A program made the translations under genes and the position numbers. The notes under the pieces are model-generated. The model was not told where the DNA came from and made no database searches. It saw only the letters and a program-made list of their open reading frames with translations. A stretch of 64,000 bases of DNA from Eledone cirrhosa (Eukaryota), in contig OZ024744.1 in assembly GCA_964016885.1 (NCBI GenBank), positions 81,654,001-81,718,000 on the forward strand, written 5' to 3'. This document shows, in pieces, positions 26,943 through 40,959 of the stretch. Each line of letters begins with the position of its first letter. The first letter of the stretch is position 1.

Positions 26943-27057
26943 GAGTAGACAGAGGGGGGAGATGAGAGGGTTAGAGAGAGGGTGAGAGAGACGGGGATAG
27001 AGAGGGGTAGAGAGAGAGGGGGGGGGGGGGGTAAAGAGGGAGAGGGAGATAAGAGAG

Positions 27058-27091
<34 letters not shown>

Positions 27092-27439
27092 ATGAGGGAG
27101 AGAGAGAGACAGGCAGCTGGTCTGTAATAATTCGGTGTTTTGTTTTGTTTGTTTTCCCTATAGAAGTATGTAATTGAACTTAGCATTACGGGGCAGTTGA
27201 ATTATTTCTCAATTCTGCACTACCCTGAGATACCTACATACAGTTAAAGAACGTGGTTCTTAAGAACAAAGTTCTGTTTGTTTGTTTTTTTGTTTTTTCA
27301 AGGCTGCACCAGGCATAGGATATAAACCATCGATCTGGTAACTGATTATTCGCTACACAATCGAATCGGCTAAGTACCCTAGAGGCCTTTTCTAATCGTA
27401 TAGTCATCCATTAGGTATAACATCGATATCTCATTGAAT

Positions 27440-27803
27440 AGAACGAACCACCGTCGGTTTCGACGATGAGTGTTCCAGTTGTTGGATCAATCGATCAACG
27501 GAACAGACTGTTCATGAAATTAACGTGCATGTGGCATAGAATTTCACAGACACGTGTACCCTTAATGAAATTCTCAGGGAGAATTAGCGTAAAGTAGTGT
27601 GTGATAAGGCTGGCTCTTTGAATTACATGTATAATCCATCATCTGACGGGTTTCCAAACAGTTTCCGTCTGGCCAGTTTCACTCACAAGATATGGGTAGG
27701 CCTGAGGTTATAGTAAATGTCCAAGATGCCGTGCAGTGGGATCGAACTTGGAATCTCATGAGTGTGAAGCGAACTCCTTAAGCATTCGGCCATACTGTGC
27801 CCT
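27440..27803 (-). mobile_element. tRNA-derived SINE family 2 (other remnants at ~2720-2812 and ~26725-26800)
   Basis: Minus strand: ggcacagtatggccgaatgcttaagg...agttcgatcccactgcac, an A/B box arrangement. Confidence 0.6.
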
Positions 27804-28041
27804 CCGATATCATATAGATATCATAGATTTCATATGCCAGATGAATTGTTTACAGAGCTTAATTAAAGAGTCTTTCCAATCTCTGTGTTGCACTGAATAA
27901 CGAACGAAGAGAGAAAGAGAGCGAGCGAGAGAGAGAGAGAGAGAGAGGGGGGGGGGTTTAGAAAGACAGAAAGACCGAGAGAGAGAATAGAAGAGCAAAA
28001 CAAGGAGAATTCGTATTTTGTTACTGTTTTGTGTTTGCCAT

Positions 28042-28162
28042 TCTGAGTTCAAATCCCGTCGAGGTTAACTTTGCCTTTCATCCTTACGGGGTCGATAAAA
28101 TAAAGTACCAGTAATGCACTGGGTAATTGCTGGCCTTGTGCCAAAAGTAGAAACAATTATTA
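28042..28162 (+). mobile_element. SINE family 1, 3' part
   Basis: B box and core match the other copies. Confidence 0.85.
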
Positions 28163-28169
28163 TTGGTCT

Positions 28170-31100
28170 GTTCGGACGTCTTTTTTGCTCGCTCCCAGTA
28201 AGTCGCTTTATTTGCCTGTTATAATTATTTGTTGTTAAATTTTTCTTGTTTTGTAAGGGATATACGCCCTTGGACTCTGCCCTGTGAAGGGAAAAGTATA
28301 ATATTTAGACATTTTGGCCCAAATATTTGAACAATATTTGAACATTTTACTTTAAAAAAAAACAAAAACATGGCTGAGCCACGCCCCCCAGCAATATGTC
28401 TGCTGTCGTGTGACAACTGCGTAAATGTTGAGAGGAGGGTTACAGAAATTGATACAATAAACACCACCACAAACAACGTGAACAAAGACAACAACACTGA
28501 GAACACTAATTTTAAAAACATTACCACACCAACTACAACAATAACAGCGTCAACCAAAATACAGACAACAGAAAAAAATGACGACAAATGCAACAACGAT
28601 ATTAAAAACACTAACAAGAAAATAAACACCAACACCAACAGCAACAATACAAATTGCACCGACTACAACAACAACAACGGTGGCACCAAAACACACAACC
28701 AACTACAACAATGATAACAGCAACAACACCAACAACAACGTTTGTAGCAGTAGCAACAGCAACAACACCAACAAAAAGACCAGTAGCAACAGTGGCAGCA
28801 GCAATAATGGTGCCGCTGAAAAAGGGGCCACTTCCTTTCGCAGGTGTGGCCCGAAATATAGAGACAGTGCTCGTCACGGAGGAGGAGATGGCAGTCGCAA
28901 GAGCCATGGTGACAAGAAACGTCAATAGAGTTTCCCTGAAACCTCCACACTATTTCTTACCGCACCGTAAGCAAAATGTCGCATCGGGTGGAGAGAGCCA
29001 CGGAGGCTCAAATCCAAAAGGCCTTGGGGTGCGTCTGGGCGCGCAAAACCCACATCATCCGAGGCAAAAAGTACGCCACAGTAGACGTACATTCGCCACC
29101 CCGCAAGAGGTGAAGTCTCACTCTTTGGAAACCCTAAAGAGTGAGGAGATAGTCTTGGTGCCCTCCTACTGCGGGCAGAAAATTGTGAGGTCGTGCCTAT
29201 ACCTTGGCTAGCCGCGTCTGTACTGGTTGGAATCGAGGAGAAGACCACCATACTGCAAATACAGAGAATGGGAAGAGGGAACTGGTCAGGAATAGGCATG
29301 CAAATGCTGATACAGACTGACCAGGAGTGCATCGAGGCCATCCAGACATCATAGACCTCGAAGAAGGGCTCCAACTCCCTATAAGCGTCGAAGGAAGGCG
29401 CCCAAAGTGCTATCTCTGTGGACAGAAGGGTCACCTCAGGGCTTTCTGCCCATAGAAGACAACCAAGAAGAGGGCCCCCTCCTTCTGACGCCTGATCCGC
29501 TGCTACCAAGAGCAGGGCAGGCAACAGAGGCAGAAGACCCTTCCATGGTGAGTAGGATGGCAACGTCCGTGGCACCCATACCAAGGCCAAGGACAACTAA
29601 AGAAGCGGCAGCAGTGGCGGCAACACCAACAGTCGCAGTAGCTACACCGGCGGTAAAATCGCCGTAGCGGGCTCCACTACCACCACCAACAACAATGGAG
29701 CTCATGCCCCTCCCGGACGCCACGGGGTCCGACATGGAGTGTGGGGCGGGAGGGAAGTGGCAAACGGTCTGCCACAAAAAGAAAAAAGAAAAAACCCTTA
29801 GCTTCACCCTCCAAAAGGGAAGGCAGACAAAGAGGGGTAAAGGCTGCAAGGAGACTTGCAGCACCACCACCACCACCACCTCCACCAACAACAACCACAC
29901 CACCACCAGCATCACCAAAAACACCAACATCGCAAACATAACAAAACAAACACACCCTACAGCAACAAGAAAGCAGCAACAAAATCACCCCCCCCCAAAA
30001 AAAAAAGTACACAGCCATAAACATGGCAAATAAAAAACTCTTACAACATATAAAGCAGCACACAGACATCACAGAAAAAAACTACTACACCCCATCAACA
30101 CCAAGAACTCTCCCGACAAACATAAGCCTCATTGAAATCTCAATAGAACATTACAAACTTTTAAAACAAAAATTCCCCAACGCAGTTGGAGACTTCAGAG
30201 GGTCGGTTACCAAGAGGATATACACTGACATCCTCTTGGAAACACCAATGACCAGCCAAAGGGACGGTTCTACTGTCCCTTCACCACACGATCAAGGTAA
30301 GTGATCCTTTCTCACTTACCCCGTTTCTCATCCAACATGGCAGTACTTAGAATAGGCAGTATAAATGCACGTGGCCTGGGGTCATCTTGGAAGCAGGGTC
30401 ACCTGCTCAACGACCCCAGGTCACTAAACATAGATGTAGTGGCCAGAATCTCCGAAGCACAAGCCTTCGCACCGAACTTTTGCGGCTACGATGTATACGC
30501 ATCTCACAGCCGTCCAGGATCGGGGGGTGGGGGGAGGGGTTGCCGTGCTTTTTCGGAGAGGCTTGGATCTCGCCATACGGGCCATCTTCCTGGACCCAGA
30601 AGGTAAGTCGGTGGTGCTGGACGTGATCGGCAGCGAAGGCAATGCTTTCAGGCTAGTAGCCGTCTACGTCCCAACAGGGGCAGGACGGCCAGATTTCTTC
30701 AGACGTCTAGAGACCTTTCTTGGAACGTCTCGCTCTTTAGTGTTAGTGGGCGACTGGAACGGTATCTTAGATGCACGCTGGGATTATGTGGGGCTAGTAG
30801 ACAGGGTAGGAGGGTCTAAAAGCCTCAACAACCTGCTCAGACGTTTTGAACTGTCTAACAGGTATAGACTGGATTATCCGTATGTGCCAATGTGGACATG
30901 GGCAAACCGCATCGGGTCATCCAGATCGTATTTAGATAGGGTAGTCTGTAGGGAAACAGATAAGGTTAGTGTAGGTTGTCCACAATTTAAAGTAGTCGAC
31001 TACACAGACCACAAAGTTGTGATCTGTGAAGTTGACTTAGATAGACTCCATAGGCAAGTGCCCGGCTACTGGAAGCTGAACGCCTCGTTCCCGGCGCGCA

Positions 31101-33660
31101 AAGCTTACTGAGACCGGATTAGCGAATTAGTTAAGCGGGCGTTGACGGGTGCTATCGTCAACAACAGGTGGTGGTTTACCCTGAAAAGGACTATTAGAGT
31201 AGAATCGATAAGGTTTAGCAAAGGAGTAGTGATAGAGGAAAATAGAGTAGAGGGTGAGTTAGTTAGAAAGCTAGAAGAGCCGTTTAGGACAGGCATCGCA
31301 ACCGACGTGTTTGCGGCGAGATTGGCACTCGATCAATTCTTCAACGCAAAGCATGAAGGCTGCGTTGTCAGAGCTAGAGCGCGTGCTCTAATACACGAGG
31401 GGACGAAAGCCGTTCAATGAGCCCGGGTGGTGAAGGCGCGACGTGGCAACAAGTCCACAATTCGGTCTTTGCCTGATCAAAACGGGCGCATGCTGCTCGG
31501 ACCCGAGCAGATGTGTGCGGCTTTTCAATAGCACTTTGTTCAATTGTTCGCGAGCGGCGGCGGGCCGGATCGGAGTATAGACTTCGGTGGATACCTCGAC
31601 GGACTGCTGCGGCTCTCGACGACCGCAGCATGGTGTTGCGAAAAGCCGATAACAGCAGGTGAAATACGGGGCGCGATGTCTGACTGCACGAGAGTTAAAT
31701 CACCTGGTTTGGATGGTCTGCCTAACGAGCTTTATGCGTATATGCCAGACTTGTTCGGCGACCTCTTGGCAGATATCTACTGCAACTGGCAGCAGAACGG
31801 GAGCATTCCCAGTTTTGTGAGCCGGGGAGCGGTGGCGCTGCTGAGAAAAGACCCGAACAAGGGGGACGTTATAGACAACTTCAGGCCCATAACTTTGCTA
31901 AACGCAGAGTTTAAGATTTTGCTAAACGCAGAGTTTAAGATTTTGGTCAAGGTGTTAGCAAAGAGATAGGCACTTGTCGTCGGTGATCTGGTGGGAGAGG
32001 CGCAGATATGCGCTATTTCGGACAGATTCATCCACGACAACCTCCACCTCATCATAGAGAGGGTGGTTAAGGAACCTGGCACGGGTGGGCCCCTGCTCAA
32101 CTTGGATCAATCTAAAGCATTTGATAGGGTCGACTATCGGTACCTGGCTGCGGTCCTCGAGGCGGCCGGCTCAAGCTCGTTTTTAGGGGCTGGATCGCTG
32201 CGATGCACAGCGACATCTGCTCGATTTTGAGGGTGAATGGTCACTTGTCGCAGCCTTTCAGCATCATGCGCTCGGTTCGCCAGGGTTTCCTCCTCTCGTT
32301 CTTCTTGTACACACTGGCCCTCGAGCCGTTACTGCACAAATTGGAGACGATGAGGGGGGGGTCTCACGCGAACTGGGATGCGAGAGAACCGTGTCAGCTT
32401 ATGCCGACGGCGTCACCGTGGTGGTATCGAGCACCAAACATATCCAGATGCTCGGCACCGCTCTCAAGGAATACAAAGCGGTGACAGGAGGAACAATAAA
32501 CCATGAAAAGTCGGTGGGCTTGCAACTCGGCACCTGGAGAGGAAAGTCCATGCCGTCCGACAGCGCCGTGGGGCTGGACGGAAGGACCGGTTAAATTACT
32601 CGGGGTTTGGTTCGGTCCGGACCTCCAGATGGAGAAAAAACTAGAGCGAGGTGACGAGCAGGGTGTTCGCTCTCACCCAGAAATGGGCCGAGAGGAGACT
32701 GTCTATAGAGAGCTAGTGGGGGGAAAGAGTGACGACGTTCTCGGGGAGACCCTGGTCGTCGAAGACGATCAGCTGTTCGCTCTCTTCAAGAGAACTTTGA
32801 GACTGGGGCCTATGGACAACTTCCAGAAATCCCTGGCCTGGCAGTGCTACCGGGGAGCGTTGGCGGTTCGGGATAAGCTCTACAGGCACGGAGGTGCTGT
32901 CAGCCAAGCCTGTCCGAGATGCGCGCAGGGCGACGAAACCGCCCTGCACGCATTCGTTCAGTGCCCGAGGATTGCTGACTTGGGGAGCTATGTCAAACAG
33001 TTGCTGTCGCGTGTATGACGGATTCGGTTATCGACTGAGTCCATTGTGCAGACAGCCCCGCCATCCTCCTTTAAAGAGGAGGAAGGGCAGGCAGTTTTCA
33101 TTTGCCTGGTGGCCATGGCGAAAGAGATTGTGTGGTGGACAAGGTTGAAAGGGTTGAAGACGGAAACTTTCCTCTTCGGCCAATCCCTGATTAACTTTTT
33201 CAAGTTTCACTTGAAGAGGAAAATCAGGGTGGAGAGGCAAGTGCTGTCTTCTAGTAAGTTTGTTGAAAAGTGGGTGAAAGTGGCGTGTGTGGTCCGAGGG
33301 AACGGGCCCGCTCTGAGTATACGCCTGTAGACTGAGGAGTGGGAAAAGTGAGGGAGGGCGCTTGCCCTGGTGGTCAGGGTGGCCGTGGTCTTTTGTGTGG
33401 TTTTCACCACGAGTGACCCTCGGAGGTTTCCCCCTTCTTGGGGAATTTTTGTTGTTTGAATTTTTTTTTGATTTCTAGCCCGATTTTACACGACCAAAAC
33501 CCAGTTTGTATCGTCCTGTACTGTTTGTTCTGTGCCGTCTCTAATGCTTTTCTTCGTGTCAGCACTTGTGGCCAATAAAGAAACCATTATTATTATTATA
33601 ATTGTTATTTTTATTATTATTGTTATTATTGTTATTTTTATTATTTTTATTATTTTTAGT
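28170..33660 (+). mobile_element. Tx1/L1-clade LINE A, near full length but decayed
   Basis: ORF1 from ATG ~28370 with zinc knuckle CYLCGQKGHLRAFC (~29409). ORF2 from ATG 30337: APE (IGSINARGL, GDWN, SYLDR, DH), RT (SPGLDG, NFRPITLLN, LDQSKAFDRV, AYADGV), C-terminal CPRC...H..C. 3' cttgtggccAATAAA and (ATT)n tail. Confidence 0.93.
30337..33330 (+). pseudogene. Tx1 ORF2 (APE-RT-Zn) remnant with frameshifts and an internal deletion near 32700
   Basis: Pieces in ORFs 30491-31111, 31544-31969, 31991-32594, 32503-33330. Confidence 0.9.
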
Positions 33661-33939
33661 TTTGTCACTCTCTAAATGTAGCAGATGCTATATAGGTGGA
33701 ACAGCTGAAAACTGTCGAATTTGTTTGATATATTTACGATGTATCAGCCATGCCTTTCAGCTATTCTGAGTAGATCATTCATTTCTGATAGTGTGTCCAT
33801 ATCCAACTAATTCTTTAGTGTTACATAATGGTCGTGCCAAAACGAAGGGAGGAAGAATCTAGCGAATTTGATGATGTTAGCTTCAAAAATACACCTGGGA
33901 AATTCTTCGTGGAAACATAACACTACCATTTGTGTGTAA

Positions 33940-34160
33940 TAAATATTTAAGCTCAGTAAAAGAGTGGAATTTTAAATGCTGTATGTAATACACACCGAGT
34001 GTATTGCAAAAGCAAGTCTTGCAGACTTTCTTTTGATCGTCAATGTTGTAATAGTTCCGTTTCCTTGAAGACAACGGTAAGGTGGTGCACTTTTGCTGAA
34101 ATAAGGTTCAAAGGTCAAACGATATATATTCTGTGGCTTCTTGTAAACTATATACATTAC
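33940..34160 (-). pseudogene. Possible fossil DNA-transposase fragment (Sola1-like motif)
   Basis: YYNIDDQKKVCKTCFCNTLGV resembles the VCK.FF..TL.I motif of Sola1-type transposases; short. Confidence 0.3.
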
Positions 34161-34243
34161 ACTATACCCACATTACAAAGATCTTCAGAACGAGTAGTTA
34201 TTTTAGCTTTCAGTTTCAGTTAATCCTTCAGTAATATTTCCCC

Positions 34244-34650
34244 TTGTTGTTGTTGTTGTTGTTGTTGCTGTTGCTGTTGCTGCTGCTGCTGCTGTTGTTG
34301 TTGTTATTGCTGTTGTTGTTGTTGCTGTTGTTGTTATTACTGTTGTTATTGTTTTTGTTGTTGCTGTTGCTGCTGCTGCTGCTGTGGTTGTTGCTATTGT
34401 TGTTTTTGTTGCTGCTGCTGCTGTGGTTGTTGCTGTTGTTGCTGTGGTTGTTGCTATTGCTGCTGTTGTTGTTGTTGTTGTTGTTGGTGGTGGTGGTGTT
34501 AGTGGTGTTGCTGTTCTTGTTGTCATTATTGCTGTGGTTGCTGTCGTTCTTGTTGTTGTAGCTGTTGTTGTTATTGGTGTTGTTGTTGTTGGTATTGGTG
34601 ATGTTGTTATTGTTGCTGTTGTTGTTGTTGTGGTGGTGGGGGTAGTGGTT
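34244..34650. repeat. (GTT/GCT)n microsatellite
   Basis: Direct reading. Confidence 0.9.
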
Positions 34651-35189
34651 TAGTCCAAGTTTTGTACTGATCCTAAAGATCTATGTTGTAAGATGTTCCA
34701 GCAGCGACTATACGTTCCTTTATTCGGACATAATGTATCTAGAGTTATATTATGTAATGTGTCCATCCCCGTTTTTTTAATACAGTGCAATAGAATGTGA
34801 TTTCAAAGAAGGCCTGCAGATGTTTCTAGCAGATAAAGGGACATCTTTCGAGGTTCCCACATTCGCCTCTCATACAGTGGTTTGTCATGCAAGATGTAAC
34901 AATCTGGAGTTATTGTTGTCCTTTTTCTACTATCCAGTCTGTTCTCGCATGTCTTTAAATTCTGATATTTAAACCATATTGTATGTATGTATAGACCCGT
35001 AACTCCTAATGGAGTGGTAGGGGTGCTATAGTTATATACAGCGTGTCTTGGATATTCTAAACCTGGCAGAACTCACCATCACTCTTAATTGTTGAACACA
35101 ACCGATTTCTTTCAGAGAAGGAGAAAGAATAAGAGAGGGAGAGAGAGAGAAAGAGAGAGAAAGAGAGTGAGAGGGGATAGATAGAAACA

Positions 35190-38100
35190 TTTCTATTTAT
35201 TAGCCACAAGGGCGCACACAAATGGGACAGTACAATGACATATGACGGGGATTTTACATGTAGTCGAGTAAGAAATGACAACAGTTTAACAAGGCAAATC
35301 AACAATCGAAATCCCCAATAGGAGGGGAGGCGCTTCAACGGGTTGTTGCATACCCCGTAGAAATAACAACCCTCAACTTCAGGAGCACGAAGTGCAAGTG
35401 CTCCTTTCCTCCTTTCTTACTCTTCCTTGGCCTACAGGTTTATATACAGAGAAGGCCCAATCACTCGGGCCATTTTCGCTACATTCACCCACCTTTCAGA
35501 AAATTGGTTGGGATGCAGCGTCACTCTCTCCACTCTTATTTTCCTTCTGAAATGGTATTTAAAGAAGGTAATAAGTTGTTGTCCGGAGAGAAAGGCGTCT
35601 GTCCTCAGCCCTCTCAATCTCGTCCACCATATTACCTCTTTCGCCATAGCCACCTTACAGAGAAAAACCGCCTCTCCTTCGTTTTTAAAGGGGGGCTGCA
35701 GTTTTACTCTCACTATGAACTCGGCGGTCAACTGTATTTGTCCCACACGTGACAGTAGTCGCTCTACGTAGCTCCACAGGTCGGTTACGCCCGGGCAGTG
35801 TACGACTGCGTGCGAGACGCTTTCAATGTCTCGCTCGCATCTCGGACAGATCCTATTTGCGGGATCTCTTCCCGCGCGTCCGTGCCTGTAGAACTTGTTT
35901 CGATTTGACAGAGCCCCTCGGTAGCACTGCCATGCCATGGACCTTTGGAAGTTGTCCATGGGTCCCGGTCGGAAAGTCCTACCGAACAGACTGGCTAGTT
36001 CTCCCTCATCGACGCCCGGAGTCACTCCGAGAACGTCGTCGCACCTGTCCTCCACTAACCCTCTATAGAATGTTGAGGTGGAGTCTCCGCTGATTGCTGA
36101 GTCCGCTTGGTAGAGGGCCGTGAGCGCCTGGGCACATTCAATGTGCCAGTCGCCCATTTTTTTTGGTCTTTTCTTGACCCAGGACTGCAGCTCCGTTAGT
36201 GAGATGAGCAGCAGGAAGGGTTGTCTCACAAACGGGGCCCATATCGGCTGGCCGGTCAAGAATACCTGTAGATGCCGTAGCCTCAGCGCGTGTTTTCGCA
36301 TCATCAGCCACGGCATCCCCAGCCCTCCGTTCGAAGGGTGGTGGCAGCAGATGGATCTTCCCACCAGCGGAGGCTGCTTCTTCCAAAGGAATTGGAATAG
36401 CATGCGTTCTATTCTGGTGATTTGAACACGGGAACAAGGCACGATGGTCAAGCGGTAATAGATGACGGACGCTATGAAAGTGTTCGCCACCTCTGCTCGA
36501 CCTTTCAAGGTAGTTTGCACTCTACCCACTTCTGGGTGAGCGCAAACACCTTGGCCGCGACCTCGTTCCAGTTTTTCCCCACCTGGAGGTCTGGTTCGGA
36601 CCAGACCCCGAGCAATTTCACCGGTCCTTCCGTCCAGCGTCCAACGACGTTCTCGGAAGGCATCGGTTTGCCCCTCCACGTACCGAGTTGCAAACCGACG
36701 GAGTTGTCCGGGTTTAGTTTTGCTCCGGTTAGCGTTTCGTATTCTTTCAGTAAGTTCCCGATCAACCCGATTTCCGAGGTGCTCGACACCATTACTGTTA
36801 CGTCGTCTGCGTAAGCCGACGCTGCTTTGCGCAGTCCCGGTTCTAGAGAGATGCCCTGCAACAGCTCCAATTTCCGCAGTAGTGGCTCTAGAGTCAATAC
36901 ATACAGAATGGAGGAGAGAAGGTATCCCTGTCGGATGGAACGCCTGATTTGGAACGGCTCCGAAAGGAAGCCGTTCACCTTGACTCTCGAGCAGATGTTG
37001 CTGTGCGTGGCAGCAATCCATCCTCTAAAGATGGGTCCGAAACCGGCCGCCTTAGGAACTGCTTCCAGGTATCGATGGTCGACCTTATAAAAAACCTTAG
37101 ACTGACCCAAATTGATCAGAGCCTCCCCGAAGCCAGGTTTACACCCTACCCTCTCTATGATGTATCGCATGAGGTGGAGGTTATCGTGTATGGACCTGTT
37201 CGGGATTGAGCACGTTTGCGCTTCCCCTACCAGCTTCCCGACGACAAGCGCCAACCTCTTTGCTAACACCTTGGCCAAAATCTTTAACTCTGTGTTGAGC
37301 AGAGTTATGGGCCTGAAGTTGCCTATTACGTCCCCCTTGTTTTCGTCTTTCCTGATCAGCGTTACTACGCATCTGCCCACAGAACTGGTATTTCTCTCGT
37401 TCTGCTGCCAGTTGCAGTAGACCGCTTCGAGGACGCGAGAGAACACGCCTGGCATGCCTATGTAGAATTCATAGGGTAGACCATCTAGACCGGGAGATTT
37501 GCGTTTCTCGCAGCGGCTTAGCGTATCTTTTATTTCGCCCACCGTGATCGGCCTTTCGCAGATCTGTGCATCCCCGCTCGAGAGTTGCGGTAGGTCGTCG
37601 AGGTATGGACCGAAGTCCATTGCCCCGTTCGACGAACCGCTCTGCTCGAATAGTTGTGCAAAGTGCTGCTGGAAGGCCGCGCACATTTGCTGCGAGTCAA
37701 GTAGCAGGCGTCCGTCTTAGTCTTTCAAAGTCTGAATTGTTTACTTTTTTTTTTTGCCGCGTTTTGCCTCTGCCATTCGGGCCCAGCTGACAGTTTTGGC
37801 CCCCTCGTTTCCCAGAGCACATGATCTACTTCTGACAACACAACCTTCGTGTTTCGCATCGAAGAACTGGTCCAGTGCCGTTGTCGCTGCTAGCACGCTA
37901 GCTGTGTTGCCACCCCTGAGCGCCTCTTCTACTCTAGCTACTAGTTCCTTCTCCCTCTTATCTTTCTCTATCTTTCTCTATCTTTGCTAAACTCTTTAGA
38001 TTCTACTCTAATTCTTTTCTTGAGAGAGTGCCACCATCTGTTATTGATGATGGCCCCTGTCATTTGTTGCTTAACTAAACTACCCGTCTACTGTAGGCTT

Positions 38101-40411
38101 TAAGTGTCGGTAACGACAAGTTCAGCTTTCAGTAGCCGGGACCCTGTCTATGTGTTATATCATGGTTGACTATGCAGGTCACTAACTTGTGGTCCGAATA
38201 CGCAACCATGAACATTTGTGGACAGCTTAACATTTCCCTATCTTTTTCTCTAATGATGATCCTATCTAAGTACGATCTAGAAGTCCCACTACGGTTTGTC
38301 CACGTCCACAGTGGCTGTTGCACCCCCCTCTATTGGGACATGTTCCCACATAGTCCCAACGTGCGTCTAGGATGCCATTTCAACCCCCCACTAACAGTAA
38401 GGAGCGAGACGTTCCCAGAAAGGACTCTAGACGCTTGAAGAAGTCTGGTCGCGATGTTCCAGTAGGAGCATACACGGCCACCAGTCTGAAGGCTCCGCCT
38501 TCACTACTGTTCACGCCGAGGACCACCAGTCTACCTTCCGGGTCCAAGTGAACTTCCTGTACTGCGAGGTCCAGGTTTTTCCTAAACAAAACAACAACTC
38601 CCCCTCCACCTCCCGGTTGACAGAGAGATGCGTAGATCTCAAAGTCATCGAAGATGGGGGTTAATTGCTGCTTGTTGTGGATCCTGGACTCGCTGATGGC
38701 TATCACATCCATAGTGTGCGACCCGAGGTCATTTAAAAGTTGGCTCTGTTTCCAGGGCATCCCCAGGCCACGAACGTTCACACTTCCCACTCTTATACTC
38801 GCCATGTTGGTAAGGAAGAGTTTGAAAAGAACGAAAAGACGCACTTACCTTTTCGTTTCATGGAGATCAGGTTCTCCAATCTCCATAGGGGTGTTGGTGG
38901 GGTCGTTTGGTGGTGTAGTGGTAGTGTTTGGTGGGGTGGTGGTGTTTGGTGGGATGCGGGTGTTTGGCTGGGTGGGGGTGTTTGATGCGGTGGGGAAACA
39001 TTTTAAAAGTACCCTGTTGATAGGTTTTAGACAAGGGTTCCCAACGTCTTCCGTGAAAGTTTCTTTTAAGGATTTGTATGTGTCCGTTAGGACCCTTATC
39101 ATCTTCAGGTGGGGTTTGTCTGCGCACCTTGTAAATGTTTTCCTTTCGGTGCAAGCCGAAGGGTATTTGGAGATGATCTCCATTAGATTTTTCTTGTGTG
39201 TATTTATATATGCATATTGTTGTTGTTGTGTTGTTTTTGTTTGTTGCTCATGTAAGAGTTTTCTTTTTATGGTTGGTGTTTGTGTTTGGAGTGGTGTTGT
39301 GGTTTGTTTTTCAGGAGGAGGAGTTTCTGTTTGTGGTGGTTTTTGTGTTGTTTGTGTTAGTGGTTGCATGTTTGTGGTAATGGCTGTTGTTTTTTTGTTT
39401 TTGTGGTGTCAGTTTTTTCTTTTTAGACGGAGAGGCCGTCCTTCGTCATCGCTTAGGGATGCTGAAAGTGCCTCGTCGGAAGTGAAGTCTGGGTTGTGTG
39501 GGAGGGGTATGTTTTGTGGAGGTGTTGTGTTTGTGGGTGTTGTTGTGGCAGTTTTACGTGGAGTGGGGTTGGGTGGGACTGTGTTTGTGGTTAGACTTGT
39601 TATTTTGTGTGTTGTTGTTGCTGTGGTGGTGGTGTTTTTGGTGTTGGCAGTAGTGTTTTTTTTGTTTTGTGTACAAGTTGAGGACAAGAAGCCTTCAAAT
39701 GTGTTGTGCTGAAACATTTGAAACAGCTAGGCTTCTTGCCCTCGACAGAAATGTGAATGTAGGATTGTCCATCCAGAGGCACGCGTTGTGGTATTTTTGC
39801 TATCCGTTCTGGCCTCATCTGGACCAGAACTTGAAGGCTTGTACCACTCCATGTGTTTCTGGAAGACTTTCCTATCGAAACAATGGTGTCTTGATCAGTA
39901 TCCATAAAGCCTGTCAGAATCCACCAGACGTTTACGTTTAGTGGAATGTTTGCAATTTTTATTTTTTTAGTCCCTTTTCCCATGTATGTAGGGAAAAAGG
40001 TGTATGCAGAAGACACAATTGGAGCCACAGAATATTTCTGGGCCGTCAATTGGTCCTTCATTAAAATGGAAATGCTGCCATACAGCTTTCCTCTTTGTAT
40101 GAAGGCAATGTCCTTCATTACGTCTCTCAGGATCAGTTCAATCTCATTTTGTGTGAGTTGAACTGGCTTCCTCGTCTCATTCGAAATGGTTCGAAAGAGG
40201 AGGGCCTCAGTATTGTGTCCCTACGCATTTCCGGAGGTGAGTTGATGCTGAAAGCTCCACTTTCTCCGAAAGTTACATATGGTTTACTTTTCAGTAACAT
40301 CTCCTTAGCATTCGAAATCTCTAAGGGGATGTATTGTTCAGTCTTTTGCACTGTTTGTGCAAAAGACGCTTTCTCTTGTTGTTGTTGTTGGTGGTGGTGT
40401 TGCTGTCGTCG

Positions 40412-40446
<35 letters not shown>

Positions 40447-40930
40447 GCTGTTGTTACTGCTGGTGCTGTTGCTGCTGTTACAACTGCTGTTGTTGTTGCT
40501 ACTGTCGGTGTTGCTGCTATTGTTGTTGTTGTTCCCTTTGTTGTTGTTGTTGTTAGTGTTGTTGTCCGTTTCGTAGTTGGTGGTGTTGTATTTCTCTCTC
40601 GGCTTCTCTATCGAGTCATCCTTTCTTTGTTTGCTAGGCAATAAGTCTATTTTAGCAAGAGGAGTTATTCCAACTTCCTATCTTTCTCCGCATTCAATTC
40701 TCGTGCTGATGTCAGAGTCTAAGTGGGCGTAAAACTTTTTTCGGCCATATTTTTTTTGAAAAATTCCAGAGTTGTTTATATAGTTTAGATAATAATTTCC
40801 GCCCCTAATGGGGCGAAAAATTAAGGCCCCCACCCGCTAACAAGAGACGGGTGGTTAATAAACAGATTGAAATAATTTCCAATATAATTAAACGCTTATT
40901 TACGATAAAATTCAAGAAAAGCTTACCAGC
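35190..40930 (-). mobile_element. Tx1/L1-clade LINE B, full length, decayed
   Basis: ORF1 ATG ~40748 to stop 38845 with CFKCFSTTHLKASC knuckle; ORF2 38805-35432 (VGSVNVRGL, SYLDR, SPGLDG, AYADDV, CPRC..H.C); 3' cttgtggctAATAAA. Confidence 0.93.
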
Positions 40931-40959
40931 GATCTGTCGCACAGCTATCCAAGAGATAG

